Shown here: positions 1 to 12,192 of the stretch, piece after piece
How positions within the stretch are numbered: position 1 is the first letter of the stretch
How the letters are laid out: the number at the start of each line of letters is the position of its first letter
DNA from: Octopus vulgaris
Taxonomy: Eukaryota
NCBI GenBank assembly: GCA_951406725.2
Contig: OX597818.1
Span: 118,668,001-118,732,000, forward strand
Direction of reading: 5' to 3'
DNA length: 64,000 nt
Program-made: the position numbers and the translations under genes
Notes under the pieces: generated by a model
Told to the model about the DNA's origin: nothing
The model's input: only the letters and a program-made list of their open reading frames with translations
Database searches by the model: none

Positions 1-1285
1 TATATATATATATCGTGGTATGTGATACATATTCCTTGATACATACATTTACGTCATGATATTAATTAAAATATAGAATATTTTACATGCCGTTATATTA
101 TATTACTGAAAGTAAACTGTAATCAAATGACTTTGACTTGCGTAACTCTATTCCGATCTTTTGACCCGGTTATCACTATTCACATAAATGTTCAAAGATT
201 GAGTCCGTAGTGCATACGTTTTCAATGATTGCCCATGTGAGATGTTGTTTACTTACATATCGATCCCTTGTTTTGTGATGTTAGATATGCATAAGGGATT
301 CGCTGTATAGATTTCCGGACTAGGTTGTTCGTATTTCGTATAATGGTACACATAGATACATATTATTATAAAAGTAAATACCTATAAACATACATCCATA
401 TACAATATAATTTATGTATATTTATATGTGTGTGCCTGTGTTGGTGTGCTTACTTACGAACAAGTTTATTTGATTTTGTGTGGATTTTTGTTTGAATATG
501 TATATTTAACTCTTTATGAAAGACTGCAAAATTCTGTATTTTAACTTTTGTTAAGCAGACTAACAGAAAATTGTAATGCTGTCAAAATAACCGTAGCAGT
601 TCTGAAACAGATCAATAGGTTTTAAAGAAGCAAAGTATCTGTTCCATAGAGAGACGTAATCTGAATGTAAATATTGCTATAATGGTATAGGAATGAAGCC
701 TGTTGAAGATACTGCAACAATAGTTGTGACTCTGGCCAAATATCATGGATTCTAAATGCATTCATTGTTTGTTTCGGAGTGATTGAAAGGCATTTTGCAG
801 CTTTTTTGTTCTTTAAAAAAAAAAGTAAAACGATTAAAGTGGATTCTGCAAGCAACAAACTCAGGAAATAAACCACTGAACTGAAAAGTATGGCCTAAAA
901 CATCTTGAAAGCTATTCCATAGACATGTTACGTGGGTGCTCATTGTTCGTGTTTTATTTTAATGGAAATGACGCCTCGCATATATCGAGTGCCAATTCAT
1001 ATTCAGCTGTTATAAAAATGGTTATTCTTAAACCGAGAACAAATCACATTTACTTACAAATGGTAATGTATTTTGTTTTGCTTTTGTTTATGTACCGTTT
1101 TAGCCATATATAAACATTCTGAGAGTAGAAATAAGATCATTGCGTTTCTAACCGTGACCCTCTGGTCTTTTAAAGAATAATGAATCCTCACAGTCTATTG
1201 TATTAATCCATGGTATTAATTCGTTTTTCTACTACAATAGACTTTCCTTTGATTATGACTTGTTTATCATAATTAACCTCTGCAG

Positions 1286-1541
1286 GTTTCCTGGTTTCCT
1301 GGTTTCCTGGTATCTGAGTTAGGTAGCAATCAGCCCCTTTTGCTATCATTCCCAGGGCACCCATGACAACTGGTATTGCTTTAGTCTTCAGGTCCCACAT
1401 TTTGCTGATTTCTATTTCCAGATCTTTATATTTGCTCAGTTTCATGTAGGTCTTGACAGATACGTTTATATCGATTGGGACAGTCATATCAATGAGGAGG
1501 CATGTTATTTGTCTGAAGTCTTTTACTATGATGTGTGGCCT
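1286..1541 (-). mobile_element. R4/Dong-clade non-LTR retrotransposon fragment (restriction-like endonuclease domain)
   Basis: Translation NRPHIIVKDFRQITCLLIDMTVPIDINVSVKTYMKLSKYKDLEIEISKMWDLKTKAIPVVMGALG matches the RPD..D/E..P..K..KY..L..PVV.GALG RLE motif; the 5' end abuts a (TAA)n array. Confidence 0.85.
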
Positions 1542-1575
1542 ATTATTATTATTATTAATATTATTATTATTATTA

Positions 1576-1635
<60 letters not shown>
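1541..1635. repeat. (TTA/TAA)n microsatellite
   Basis: Direct reading; source of the poly-N and poly-L ORFs. Confidence 0.98.
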
Positions 1636-1636
<1 letters not shown>

Positions 1637-1959
1637 GGCAAATTTGCAAAATCTTCACCCGAACCGGTCAAAGGCTTAGTGGTTTTTACCTTTTGCATTC
1701 AATTTCCTCAAAAATAGTCACTGTGATCGAAAGACTCTTCTAGCCTCCTTCCTCACTCATAAATTCCGGCATTGTGCTTGTAGTAGACTGCATTATTATA
1801 ACTTATCTTATAATTACTTGCTATTGTGGCTTTGTTGCTATATTTTCAATTCTAGATAATCACTATTTTCGAAGTCCTCTGCATGTGACCCTCTTTAAAA
1901 GCAATTCTCTTATTGTCATTTCTTATTAAGACAAAAGAAACACAGTTTTGTGCTATTAT

Positions 1960-2350
1960 TCTTTTATTCTTCTATTCTATTATTTGTTTCAGTCATTTGA
2001 GTGCGGCCATGCTGGAGCACCGCCTTTAGGAGAACAAATCGACCCCGGGACTTATTCTTTGTAAGCCTACAACTTATTCTCTCGGTTTCTTTTGCCGAAC
2101 CGCTAAGTTACTGGCACATAAACACACAAGCTTCGGTTGTCACGTGATGGCGTGGAGACAAACACAGACACACACATGTATATACGACTGGCTTATTTCC
2201 GTTTCCCACTACCAAATCCATACACAAGGCTTTGGCTGGCCTGGGGCTATAGTAGAAGAGACTTGCCAATGATGCCATGCAGTGGGACTGAATCCGGGAC
2301 CATGTGGTTGGCAAGCAAGCTCTTTACCACACAGCCACTCCTGCGCCTAT
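1960..2350 (-). mobile_element. tRNA-derived SINE, family A
   Basis: Minus-strand head TAGGCGCAGGAGTGGCTGTGTGGTAA with A-box and B-box-like (GGATTCAGTCCC) motifs; body and tail (..CAGCATGGCCGCA.TCAAATGACTGAAACAA) recur in about 8 other copies in the window. Confidence 0.9.
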
Positions 2351-3284
2351 GATCTCAATTTTCAAAATTTAGCGCCCTACTTCTACGTTTTCCGTGTATC
2401 TTTTATATGATCATTACAACATTAACTGGTACATAGAACTAAAGATTTGCCTATGAACCTTACACAATACGAATGCATGAAACCCACGGTATCCTTCAAT
2501 AAAAAAAAAACAGAGACAAAAATATATCTTTAGCACAACTTTTCTAGTCAGAGAACAACACCACTTATAATGTACGTGAAGCCTCATATTTTGCTGATAA
2601 GGAAGCTTAAAGGCAACCGCTTAAATTCTACCAGTCTAGCATTGGCTGCCAATAGTGTCTGTATATCTTTCGTCAAGACAAAAACTAAATATACTTTTAG
2701 GGCAGTGCCCTATTAGACCAGGGCCTGACCGCTGATACCATTAGAGTCTACTATTTATAGATAATCAAATGCCAATATTTCAGTACTCTTTAATACAGAT
2801 TACAAATCTCACGGGACTAAAATTATTTTAGTTCCGATAATTTCGAAAAGGTACGAAATACTTAATGCATTTTGTTAAACAAGTTAATCACTCCAGATGT
2901 ATAGTCCTTGTCATTTTTAAAGAGGATAAGAATGTTAGTTTGAAGATTTGTGAAATCAACCATAATTAGTTTGTATGTTAATGTTAATAATAGAAAAAAT
3001 TGATATAAAATATATTGGAAAATGGACTTCCGACGTATAAAGTCAAAAGATATAACTCTTGGCATCAGAGCTTTGCTTCCTTTTGACTGATTTACGATTG
3101 TTATTCCCAAATGCCACTAACAAAGCCGAATTCCCTAATGATGCTTTCATAAACTTACAAAATAGTTCCAGACAATTCTTAGTATCCACAGCTCTGATAA
3201 GTTACATAATAATACATGAATTCAACGAACATTAAATAAGCATATTTTCGAATGGTCTTATATCATATGTGAATTAAATATCAT

Positions 3285-3285
3285 A

Positions 3286-3340
<55 letters not shown>

Positions 3341-3489
3341 ATGTGTGTGTATGTGTGTGTATGTGTGTGTGTATGTATAGATGTACGTATATATACATAT
3401 ATATATATATATCTTCATATACATATATGTGTATATATATATGTATATTATATAGATACATGCATATATATAGATATATATATAGACGA

Positions 3490-3524
<35 letters not shown>

Positions 3525-3624
3525 TGTATATACATACATATATATATATATACACATATATATATATAGATAGATAGATATAGATATATATATATATATA
3601 GACATAGATATATATGCCCACGCA

Positions 3625-3676
<52 letters not shown>

Positions 3677-3679
3677 CGT

Positions 3680-3735
<56 letters not shown>

Positions 3736-3775
3736 GCTATATGCATATATGTGAGCGAGTATGTGAGTATACATA
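3285..3775. repeat. compound (TA)n/(TG)n/(TAGA)n microsatellite
   Basis: Direct reading. Confidence 0.97.
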
Positions 3776-4011
3776 TAAAATTTCTATGGATGTATAAACT
3801 GATGAATTCTGCGTATGATTGCACATTGCTGTGTATTTAATTAAAATAATACAATGGATTGAAACTGGTGCGATTAAGCAAAAAAAAACATTCCACTCTA
3901 TATGATTTATGTACACAGACGGGAAATATATGTGTGTGTCTTTGTGTGTGTTAGCGTGTGTGTATGAATATGATTATATGAGTGGGTCTGTGTGTAGATA
4001 GGTGATATGTA

Positions 4012-4235
4012 TTACTCTTTACTCTTTTACTTGTTTCAGTCGTTTGACTGCGGCCATGCTGGAGCACCGCCTTTAATCGAGCAACTCGACCCCGGGGCTT
4101 ATTCATTGTAAGCCCAGTACTTATTCTATCGGTCTCTTTTGCCGAACCGCTAAGTGAAGGGGACGTAAACACACCAGCATCGGTTGTCAAGCAATGCTAG
4201 GGGAACAAACACAGATACACAAACACACACACACA

Positions 4236-4275
<40 letters not shown>

Positions 4276-4441
4276 TACGGCAGGCTTCTTTCAGTTTCCG
4301 TCTACCAAATCCACTCACACGGCATTGGTCGGCCCGGGGCTATAGTAGAAGACACTTGCCCAAGATGCCACGCAGTGGGACTGAACCCGGAACCATGTGG
4401 TTCTTTAGCAAGCTACTTACCACACAGCCACTCCTGCGCCT
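4012..4441 (-). mobile_element. SINE family A, full length, with internal (TA)n(TG)n
   Basis: Near-identical to the copy at 30011-30428 in the opposite orientation. Confidence 0.95.
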
Positions 4442-4467
4442 TATTTTATGTGTAACTATGCATATAT

Positions 4468-4703
4468 ATTATTTCTTTACTACCCACAAGGGGCTAAACA
4501 CAGAGGGGACAAACAAGGACAGACAAACGGATTAAGTCGATTACGTCGATCCCAGTGGGTAACTGGTACTTATTTAATCGACCCCGAAAGGATGAAAGGC
4601 AAAGTCGACCTCGGCGGAATTTGAACTCAGGACGTAGCGGTAGACGAAATACGGCTACGCATTTCGCCCGGCGTGCTAACGTTTCTGCCAGCTCGCCGCC
4701 TTA
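4468..4703 (-). mobile_element. tRNA-derived SINE, family B, full length
   Basis: Reverse complement of 14603-14837 (AAGGCGGCGAGCTGGCAGAAACGTTAGC..GAGTTCAAATTCCGCCGAGGTCGACTTTGCCTTTCATCCTTTCGGGGTCGAT..). Confidence 0.93.
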
Positions 4704-4984
4704 ATATACCTGCAAACACACGTAAACAAACACATACATACATATACAGATGTATGTATATGTATGTATGTAACATTTTACAATACAAATACTACAGAAT
4801 ATTAGAATCTGCATAGTCTTTGACCCAAGTTTACATAAATATAAGCAAACAATCACACACATCGCGGCGTTTGCAGATTCTCATAAATATCTCTTCCTGT
4901 TATCATAAATGTTTTCATTTATTCACCGGTCGATTTATTATTCTTTATCCGTATGTAATGTCTTGTTCCATGTGATTATAAATG

Positions 4985-5168
4985 CGCATACATACATACA
5001 TACATATATGTGTGTGTGTGTGCGTGTGTATCTGTATGTATGTGTATATCTATCAATCTATCTCTCTCTCTCTATATATATATACATATATATATATACA
5101 TACATATACATTTACATATATTTATAGATGTCCATATATTTCTTATTCCCAAACACATACACACACAC

Positions 5169-5199
<31 letters not shown>

Positions 5200-5251
5200 A
5201 TACAAATAATATATATACATATGTATGTATTATATATGCATATATATATAC

Positions 5252-5282
<31 letters not shown>

Positions 5283-5350
5283 TATATATATATATTATTT
5301 ATATTATTATGTGAGTGAACGCCACGCATCCTCTTCCAAGTAGGTTTTAT

Positions 5351-5446
<96 letters not shown>

Positions 5447-5450
5447 CACC
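4985..5450. repeat. compound (TA)n/(TG)n/(CA)n microsatellite region
   Basis: Direct reading. Confidence 0.95.
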
Positions 5451-6099
5451 CATACGCGCATGCGTACACAGATAAATATATATGCGAGTGCAAACATGTG
5501 TACATACGTACATATATCGATACAAAATACACTTATATATAGAAAGTGACATACACATATACCAACCGACAGATGGAGACAAATCTTTATGTGTGCGTGA
5601 GCGCATGTGTGTGTAATCGTGTGTGTGTGTGCATTTGCTTTAGTGTATGTGCGTATGCATTCATGTTTCACTGTGTATGTGAATGCGGCAAGGAATACAA
5701 ATATATTTTTATATAACTAGCATGAATATGTGTGTGTCTGTGTGTGTATCTGTGAATATATAGAATACGGTACACATTCAGGAGCAAGTTATTCGTTATT
5801 ATATGAAAAGTTCTGCTGGGATACAAGTTAACTATTAACTATCCAAGTATCAGCTGAGGCTGACCAATATTTCGGTCAATCAAAGATGTGTAGGCGTATA
5901 CTTGTCAATGTCTTGGCAAAACTGTAAAAATCAATTCCCACTTTCGCCAGACTTTTCAACCTATACATAGAATACGTAGAATATTCAATGAGACATTGGG
6001 CCGCATTTCGTAGCATAAATCGTAAAACGAAGACATATTTCTCCGTCGTTTATATGATCGGACAATGCATACATAAGTACCTGAACTGATATGTGTATG

Positions 6100-6292
6100 T
6101 ACGAGAGGTTGGTGAAACGTTCCTAGCTTTTAGAGTGTCGTGAAAGGTGTAATGGGTGGCCCAATGTTTCGAGCTCTTTTACAAGTATTAGGGAATTTGA
6201 AGGACGGGAATAAGTTGAATTAAATCATCATTAACTAATCCTCCTGTATTTTCTTTTACAGAGAACCAGGAATCTTCAGCACGCAGCCATGA
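6100..6292. mobile_element. degenerate mariner-type MITE
   Basis: Left TACGAGAGGTTGGTGAAACGTTCCTAGC and right CCAGGAATCTTCAGCAC are imperfect inverted repeats resembling mariner TIRs (TA-CGAGGG..GAAAAGT). Confidence 0.45.
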
Positions 6293-6294
6293 GC

Positions 6295-6371
<77 letters not shown>

Positions 6372-6418
6372 GAAATATGTTACGAAAAGAAAATATAAAA
6401 TACACGTGGAAATGTAAG

Positions 6419-6472
6419 GGTAAAACATGAAAAATCAATGAAAATGCATTTTCGTTGATTTTTCATATTTTA

Positions 6473-6474
<2 letters not shown>
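6419..6474. repeat. 56-bp fold-back palindrome between (TA)n tracts
   Basis: GGTAAAACATGAAAAATCAATGAAAATG|CATTTTCGTTGATTTTTCATATTTTACC; 28-bp arms with 2 mismatches. Confidence 0.9.
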
Positions 6475-6529
<55 letters not shown>

Positions 6530-6839
6530 GTAAGATTTAATTATGCCTATATATATATATATTAATAACAATAATAAAATGAGACATCGATGTTAGGGAA
6601 ATAGAAGAATTTGTATATGTATATTATTGGACAATCAGTAAGTTGTCGTAATAGGACTCAGAGTTTCCAATGCCGGTGCTAACACCATCGTTGCATGCAT
6701 TTTTTAAATAATTGTTTAGCTTTTATAATTTTACCTGTCTATTAGAGAAACTCCCCTTTTATTAAACGGTTTTTTTTTTCATAGCGTCTATTGTCAAAAT
6801 AGCCGACGATAATACATCATATTCTTAGCTCCGCCATTT

Positions 6840-6911
<72 letters not shown>

Positions 6912-6945
6912 TACAGACAGACAGACAGATAGCTAGCTAGCTAGC

Positions 6946-6999
<54 letters not shown>
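6840..6999. repeat. (GATA)n/(GACA)n/(GCTA)n tetranucleotide microsatellite
   Basis: Direct reading. Confidence 0.97.
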
Positions 7000-7034
7000 T
7001 ACATCCGTACCCTCATCTACTTTTTTTCCATGCG

Positions 7035-7257
7035 AATCTCTGGACAGGAGGAGATTGAATTTTGCTTTGAAGAGGCATACATCAACATCGTGTAGGTCTC
7101 TGAAGTATCTTGTTAAGATATTAAACAGCTGCGGGTTCTTGAAACCCACGCTGTTGTACTGCCTTGTACTCTGACCTGACGGCAATGTTGAGATTTCTGG
7201 TACTATGCAGCGATTGGCCGTGCTGCTCTTAGCGTAATTTTAGTGCCAAAGTTTGAA
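7035..7257 (-). mobile_element. CR1-group LINE ORF2 C-terminal fragment
   Basis: RCIVPEISTLPSGQSTRQYNSVGFKNPQLFNILTRYFRDLHDVDVCLFKAKFNLLLS matches the S...GP.LFN.LP..LR......FK..LD..L end of CR1-group ORF2. Confidence 0.75.
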
Positions 7258-8133
7258 GAGCTACAGAGAGAGGCTGTAAAACTACTACTTTACTCCTTAG
7301 AGTGACAACCCGTACTTATTGTGTTGTATCAGTGAAATTACTTCAGAAAAGATTACGTACTTATTATGTTTCTTGAAGTATATGTCTAAAGTCTAGCCTG
7401 ACCATATAAAACCTATCTAAATGTATATGTTATCTCACCACCGTCTGCCTCATTCTACCAAGCATTTGTGAACGTAGCCGGAAAGGTTTAATTACAAACT
7501 TACTCTATGTCTGAGAAACCACTACGATGAGACACTGAAATGGAAATTCCTCCTGCTATATATATACAAATTTCCTTTTATCTAAAAAAAAAAAACATCA
7601 AAAGATTAGCATATTTAATAAGGTCAAAAATATCCGCAAGTCACATGATAAGAAGATGTGTGTGTTTCGTTTTCTAGAAATCGTGGAAAGTTAACTACAA
7701 CATTTTAAAAAATGTGTATGGAAATCGCAAAAGAAGAATTGCAGCGCCTGTATATACTAAAACTAAAATATACGATATACAGTTATATCTATCTAGAATC
7801 GGTTTTTAAATATTTTGACCAAAATAGTAGATGTGTTCATAATTTAGTTCTGTGAGATTACTGCGTAGTGCATGCACATCATTTTCGTTAGCTTATGAAG
7901 TGTTATGTTGCACGTAACTTATTTCAATGCAGTAAAATATTCTAGATATCATGATTGCATGAACTCAATTTTTATGATAAATTTTAATGAGTTTTCAGTC
8001 ACCCTTTAAAGCAAGGCTGGGTAACATGTACTCCGTTTTCACTTAATATCGTAGGCACTTATATTGTCGGGAGCAATATATAGGTGGTGTATTTACTTGA
8101 CACTGTTCACCACGCATCCTAAAACGGTTATTC

Positions 8134-8540
8134 TTATTTCTTTATTGCCCACAAGGGGCTAAACATAGAGGGGACACACAAGGACAGACGAAGAGATTAA
8201 AACAATTAGATCGATCCCGTTCGTAATTGGTACTTAATTTATCAACCCCGAAAGGATGAAAGGCACAGTCGACCTCGGTGGAATTTGAACTCAGAACGTA
8301 GCGGCAGTCGAAATACCTATTTCTTTACTACCCACAAGGGGCTAAACACAGAGAGGACAGACAAGCGGATTAAGTCGATTATATCGACCCCAGTGCGTAG
8401 CTGGTTCTTATTTAATCGACCCCGAAAGGATGAAAGGCAAAGTCGACCTCGGCGGAATTTGAACTCAGAACGTAGCGGCAGACGAATTACCGCTAAGCAT
8501 CTCGCCCGGCGTGATAACGTTTCTGCCAGCTCGCGGCCTT
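8134..8540 (-). mobile_element. SINE family B, tandem arrangement (full copy 8316-8540 plus headless copy 8134-8315)
   Basis: Two consecutive family B bodies. Confidence 0.9.
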
Positions 8541-8635
8541 TGCTGCGTCTGTGTCATTCACCGGACATAGGTACTAACACCCTGTAACTACCACCTTCAT
8601 TACATCGTTATTTTTAATGATTTTGTCATTACCAA

Positions 8636-8810
8636 TGAAGGCTTGGTGTTTAGTGTATAAGGCTAATGAACGTTAGATTGTAGTTTCGTTTCCTTGGACA
8701 AACCATTTCATTTCACGTTGCTCTAGTTCACTGAGATAGCAAAATTACTAGAATGGTGAGGTCGCGATATGTCTTGCAAACCGGCAAAGGATGATGATCC
8801 CGTCTCTAGA
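8636..8810 (+). mobile_element. degenerate tRNA-SINE, family C-like
   Basis: Contains TTTCACGTTGCTCTAGTTCACTGAG, shared with 18670-18985, 35430-35752 and 47142-47385. Confidence 0.55.
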
Positions 8811-9469
8811 ACAGAAGGTAACTTATGCAGTGGTGAGCCATAAACTTAGTTTGATGGTGGGTATTATCACTATCACTGTTTACTCACAGACCAGCTCTTG
8901 TGCAGGCCAGTTGAAATGATAAATTTTGATACCATTTGTGCATTTGCAGACTAACACTGCCCAAGAACAAGTTCTTGGTAGCAGGTTGCAATAAAGAACA
9001 AGGCCTGTGAATGCATCGATGTTTTAACACAGAACATTGTGGTAGTTTTAATATTTATTCCTATTCCTGTCATAAAGGTGGGCGATATCAAGAATACTGC
9101 TCTTATTTGTAAAGTAAAGTTATATAAATCTAACATTATATATTTACTTTTGCTATTAAGTTCTGTTTTTATGATTTCCTTTTCTAACACATTTCACTTG
9201 CTTTTATCTAGATTGAGTCTGTCTTTGAAACTATACTTCTCTCCACTGGGATATATTCGTCAGAAAATACACTGTACTTGATGCTGTTTACGCGGTTGTC
9301 TGGTCTTTTTTTCTATATGTATATATCAAATAAAATCTTTTAGAATTAAGTAATTTTAACAATATTCTGATATCAGTTCGGCACTGTATATCGCATGGTT
9401 CGTTAATGACTTTCTGTTCCAAGTCATTGCATTGTATTACTCATATCGTTCTTCTTTTAAATTTTTCCT

Positions 9470-9768
9470 CTATCTCTTCTTATCCCTCGCTCCATTCTCT
9501 TCGTCCTCAACACCATCTTTTTCTTCTTCTTCTTCTACTTCTTATTCTTCGTTTTCTTCATCGTCATCCTCATTTTCTTCTTCTTTTACTTCTCCTCCTC
9601 CTCTCCTCCTCCTTCTTCTTCTTCTTCTTCTTCTTCTTCTTCTTCTCCTTCTTCTTCTTCCTCTTCTTCTTCCTCCACTTCTCCCCCCTCCCCTTCTTCC
9701 ACTTCTTTCCCTTTTTGTCCTTCCTCTTCTCTTCTTCTTCTTCTTATTATTATTATTATTATTATTAT

Positions 9769-9827
<59 letters not shown>
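9470..9827. repeat. compound (TTC/CTC)n - (TTA)n - (TAG)n trinucleotide array
   Basis: Direct reading. Confidence 0.97.
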
Positions 9828-10410
9828 TATACGTCGCATAGTATGCAATATTACGAGGCTGTTAATTGATGATATTGTGACTACCGGGGGTTTGTACTGT
9901 TTGTCAAATCATAACAAAGACCTCAAGACAGAAAGTACTTTACGCAATATGTGTACAGTTGCGAGTAATGACGATTTTTGCAATACACCTAGATTGTAGG
10001 GTATTTCTAAGTTTCCAGATATTTCTTCAGTTTGGGTGGAATTGAACTCAGATGACAACAGAGACAACCTTTATGTTTGACTCCCTTAGGTGCCACATCT
10101 TGGCGATCTCAATTATCAAGCCTCCATATTTATCAATCATTTCTCTTTTTCTTTTTTCATGATGATATGTTGATCTTTTGGCACTACTATGTCGATTAGT
10201 AGGAACTCTTGTTATCTCTCCCAAAGGTTAATATATCCGGCCTTCGGTGCTCTAATACATTGTCTGTCCGGAAGTCAAAGTCTCACAGTATGTTTGTCTT
10301 CCTATTACCGTCCATGGCCTTTTGCGGTGTATGTAGGTACCAGGCACCCGTTACCTCATATGTATACTTCCGCCAGGGTAGACTGTTGGAAAAGACAAAT
10401 TACTAACTTC
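9828..10410 (-). mobile_element. R4/Dong-clade retrotransposon 3' fragment (RLE domain and 3' UTR), pseudogenised
   Basis: Across stops and frameshifts: WYLHTPQKAMDGNRKTNIL*DFDFRTDNVLEHRRPDIL..LLIDIVVPKDQ..DKYGGLIIEIAKMW..LQKSSLLATVHILRKVL; the 3' end runs into (CTA)n(TAA)n. Confidence 0.85.
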
Positions 10411-10457
10411 GGGCTACAATAAATAACCTTACACGTCAACCTAACTCCTAAGCGTCC

Positions 10458-11015
10458 TTATTATTATTGAGTGAGAGCAGTGCATGCCATCATAGTGACA
10501 CTGGGGTAAAATATACGAAGCTCAGCATGACTACTCTTCCAATAAGAGAACACAGGTACATGCATCACAACTATATGTGCACGAGATGTTAATTTAATAT
10601 CAAGATAAATAGCGCATGATCTTGCAGGTGGGGATTAGTTAGGATTTTATTCAGTTCGAGTAGCACGTACTGCTCAAAAGCTCCCTGAATAAGGGTTGTT
10701 TAAGGATATTGAACGAAACACCCTTGTTTCCCATGGTTAATTGTCCAAATTCCAAAATTTCCCTTTCAACACATGGTTATAATACTCTCCCACTACATGT
10801 AATTGTGATCAGAGTTCTACTTATCGTCAGCCACTAAGGGGCATGCTCAACTGGTTATGGTCAAACAACTGACAAGCAAATCAGTGGTATTCAGCAGAAT
10901 ATTTGCTGTTACCCATCTTTTATACCAAAACAAAACAATGTACGTGATAACACTTCCAGTCAGTTAAGATCAGAAGCCAATAGAGCCACTGTATGGTAGT
11001 GCATGAGGGCAACTT
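10458..11015. repeat. probable interspersed non-coding repeat beginning at a (TTA)n run
   Basis: GC-richer 560-bp block without an ORF starting TTATTATTATTGAGTGAGAGCAGTGCATGCCATC; recalled as an abundant octopus repeat, single copy in this window. Confidence 0.4.
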
Positions 11016-11504
11016 TTACTATTTCCTTTTAATCTGCATGTTTGTTACATTCATTCGCCAAGACACACTCAGCGCCCTAGGGTGAGTGAAGGATAAGAGA
11101 TATTACAGTATGACTGACAGCTTGGAGAGGGGAAGTGACAGTGGCGAAAAATCTTCACGTATTACAATACATACACTGAAATTTATAGTTTTCCTAAAGA
11201 TGTCGGCAGGAGTTCTGAGCACAATTTCTTGGATTTCCTTGAGATATGGATCTCCTAGGATATTGTCTAAATGTTATGACCTGCCGGGACTCAGTGGGTG
11301 GATGCGCCACCATGATGCCCTTTTTGGGCGTCTGTTGTGTTATGACCCGCTATTTCTTTCTCGGTAGGTAGATGCCCTGCCAGGCTTTACCCTTATGGAC
11401 ACTATATTGGCGGGGTAAAAGAGCTTACGTCCGTGAGAGGGGCTATGCTGGATAGGTTCAACTATGCCGGATCCCTTTCTTTTTATTTTTATTTACCATA
11501 CCTA

Positions 11505-11955
11505 AAGTGAGCGGGAAGAAATCGTTAGAAAGCCGGACAAATTGCTTTACGGTATCTGATTTCTCCGTTCAGATTTCGCCGAGGCTGACTTTCATACTTT
11601 CGGGTCGTTGAAATCAGTATCAGTCGAGTAATGGGGTCGCTGATATTGCCTTCCATCTCCCCGATTATCTACTGGCCCAGTGTTAAAATTTGAAGCTACT
11701 ATGTTTCAATAGGTTTGGCTGAGTATTTTATTTCTATTATCACTTCATCATTCAGACGGCAAGCTGGAAGAAATGTTTGCACGCCGGGCAAAAAACTAAG
11801 TGGCTTTTGTTCCGTCTTTATGTTCTGAGTTCAAATTCCACCGAGGTCAACGTAGTCTTTCATCTTTTCGGTGTCGATAATATAAGTTGAACAATGGGGT
11901 CGATAAAATCGCCTTGCCCCCTAAAATTTCAAGCCTTGTGTCTATAGTAGAAATT
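11505..11955 (+). mobile_element. two degenerate SINE family B copies (11505-11700, 11755-11955)
   Basis: GTTCTGAGTTCAAATTCCACCGAGGTCAAC..TTTCATCTTTTCGG core. Confidence 0.75.
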
Positions 11956-12069
11956 ATTCTTCATCCTTTCCCTCATAAAACGTCTGTTGTTATTATTTGT
12001 GTTTTGTTAAGTAGATGCTGACTATTCTGGTACTTCTCGTACGGCATTTAAATACTATGATTTTGTACA

Positions 12070-12192
<123 letters not shown>

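Noticed and set aside
622-876. 84-aa minus-strand ORF or terminal exon
   Set aside because: No domain similarity recognised, and the splice signals are unconvincing.
4194-4535. Recurrent ORFs such as ..RASFSFRLPNPLTR.. and MTTDAGVFTSP..
   Set aside because: They recur only because they are translations of SINE family A copies.
8880-9005. Possible minus-strand coding exon (CACAG acceptor, GTGAGT donor)
   Set aside because: No recognisable protein motif in the open frames and no supporting neighbouring exons.
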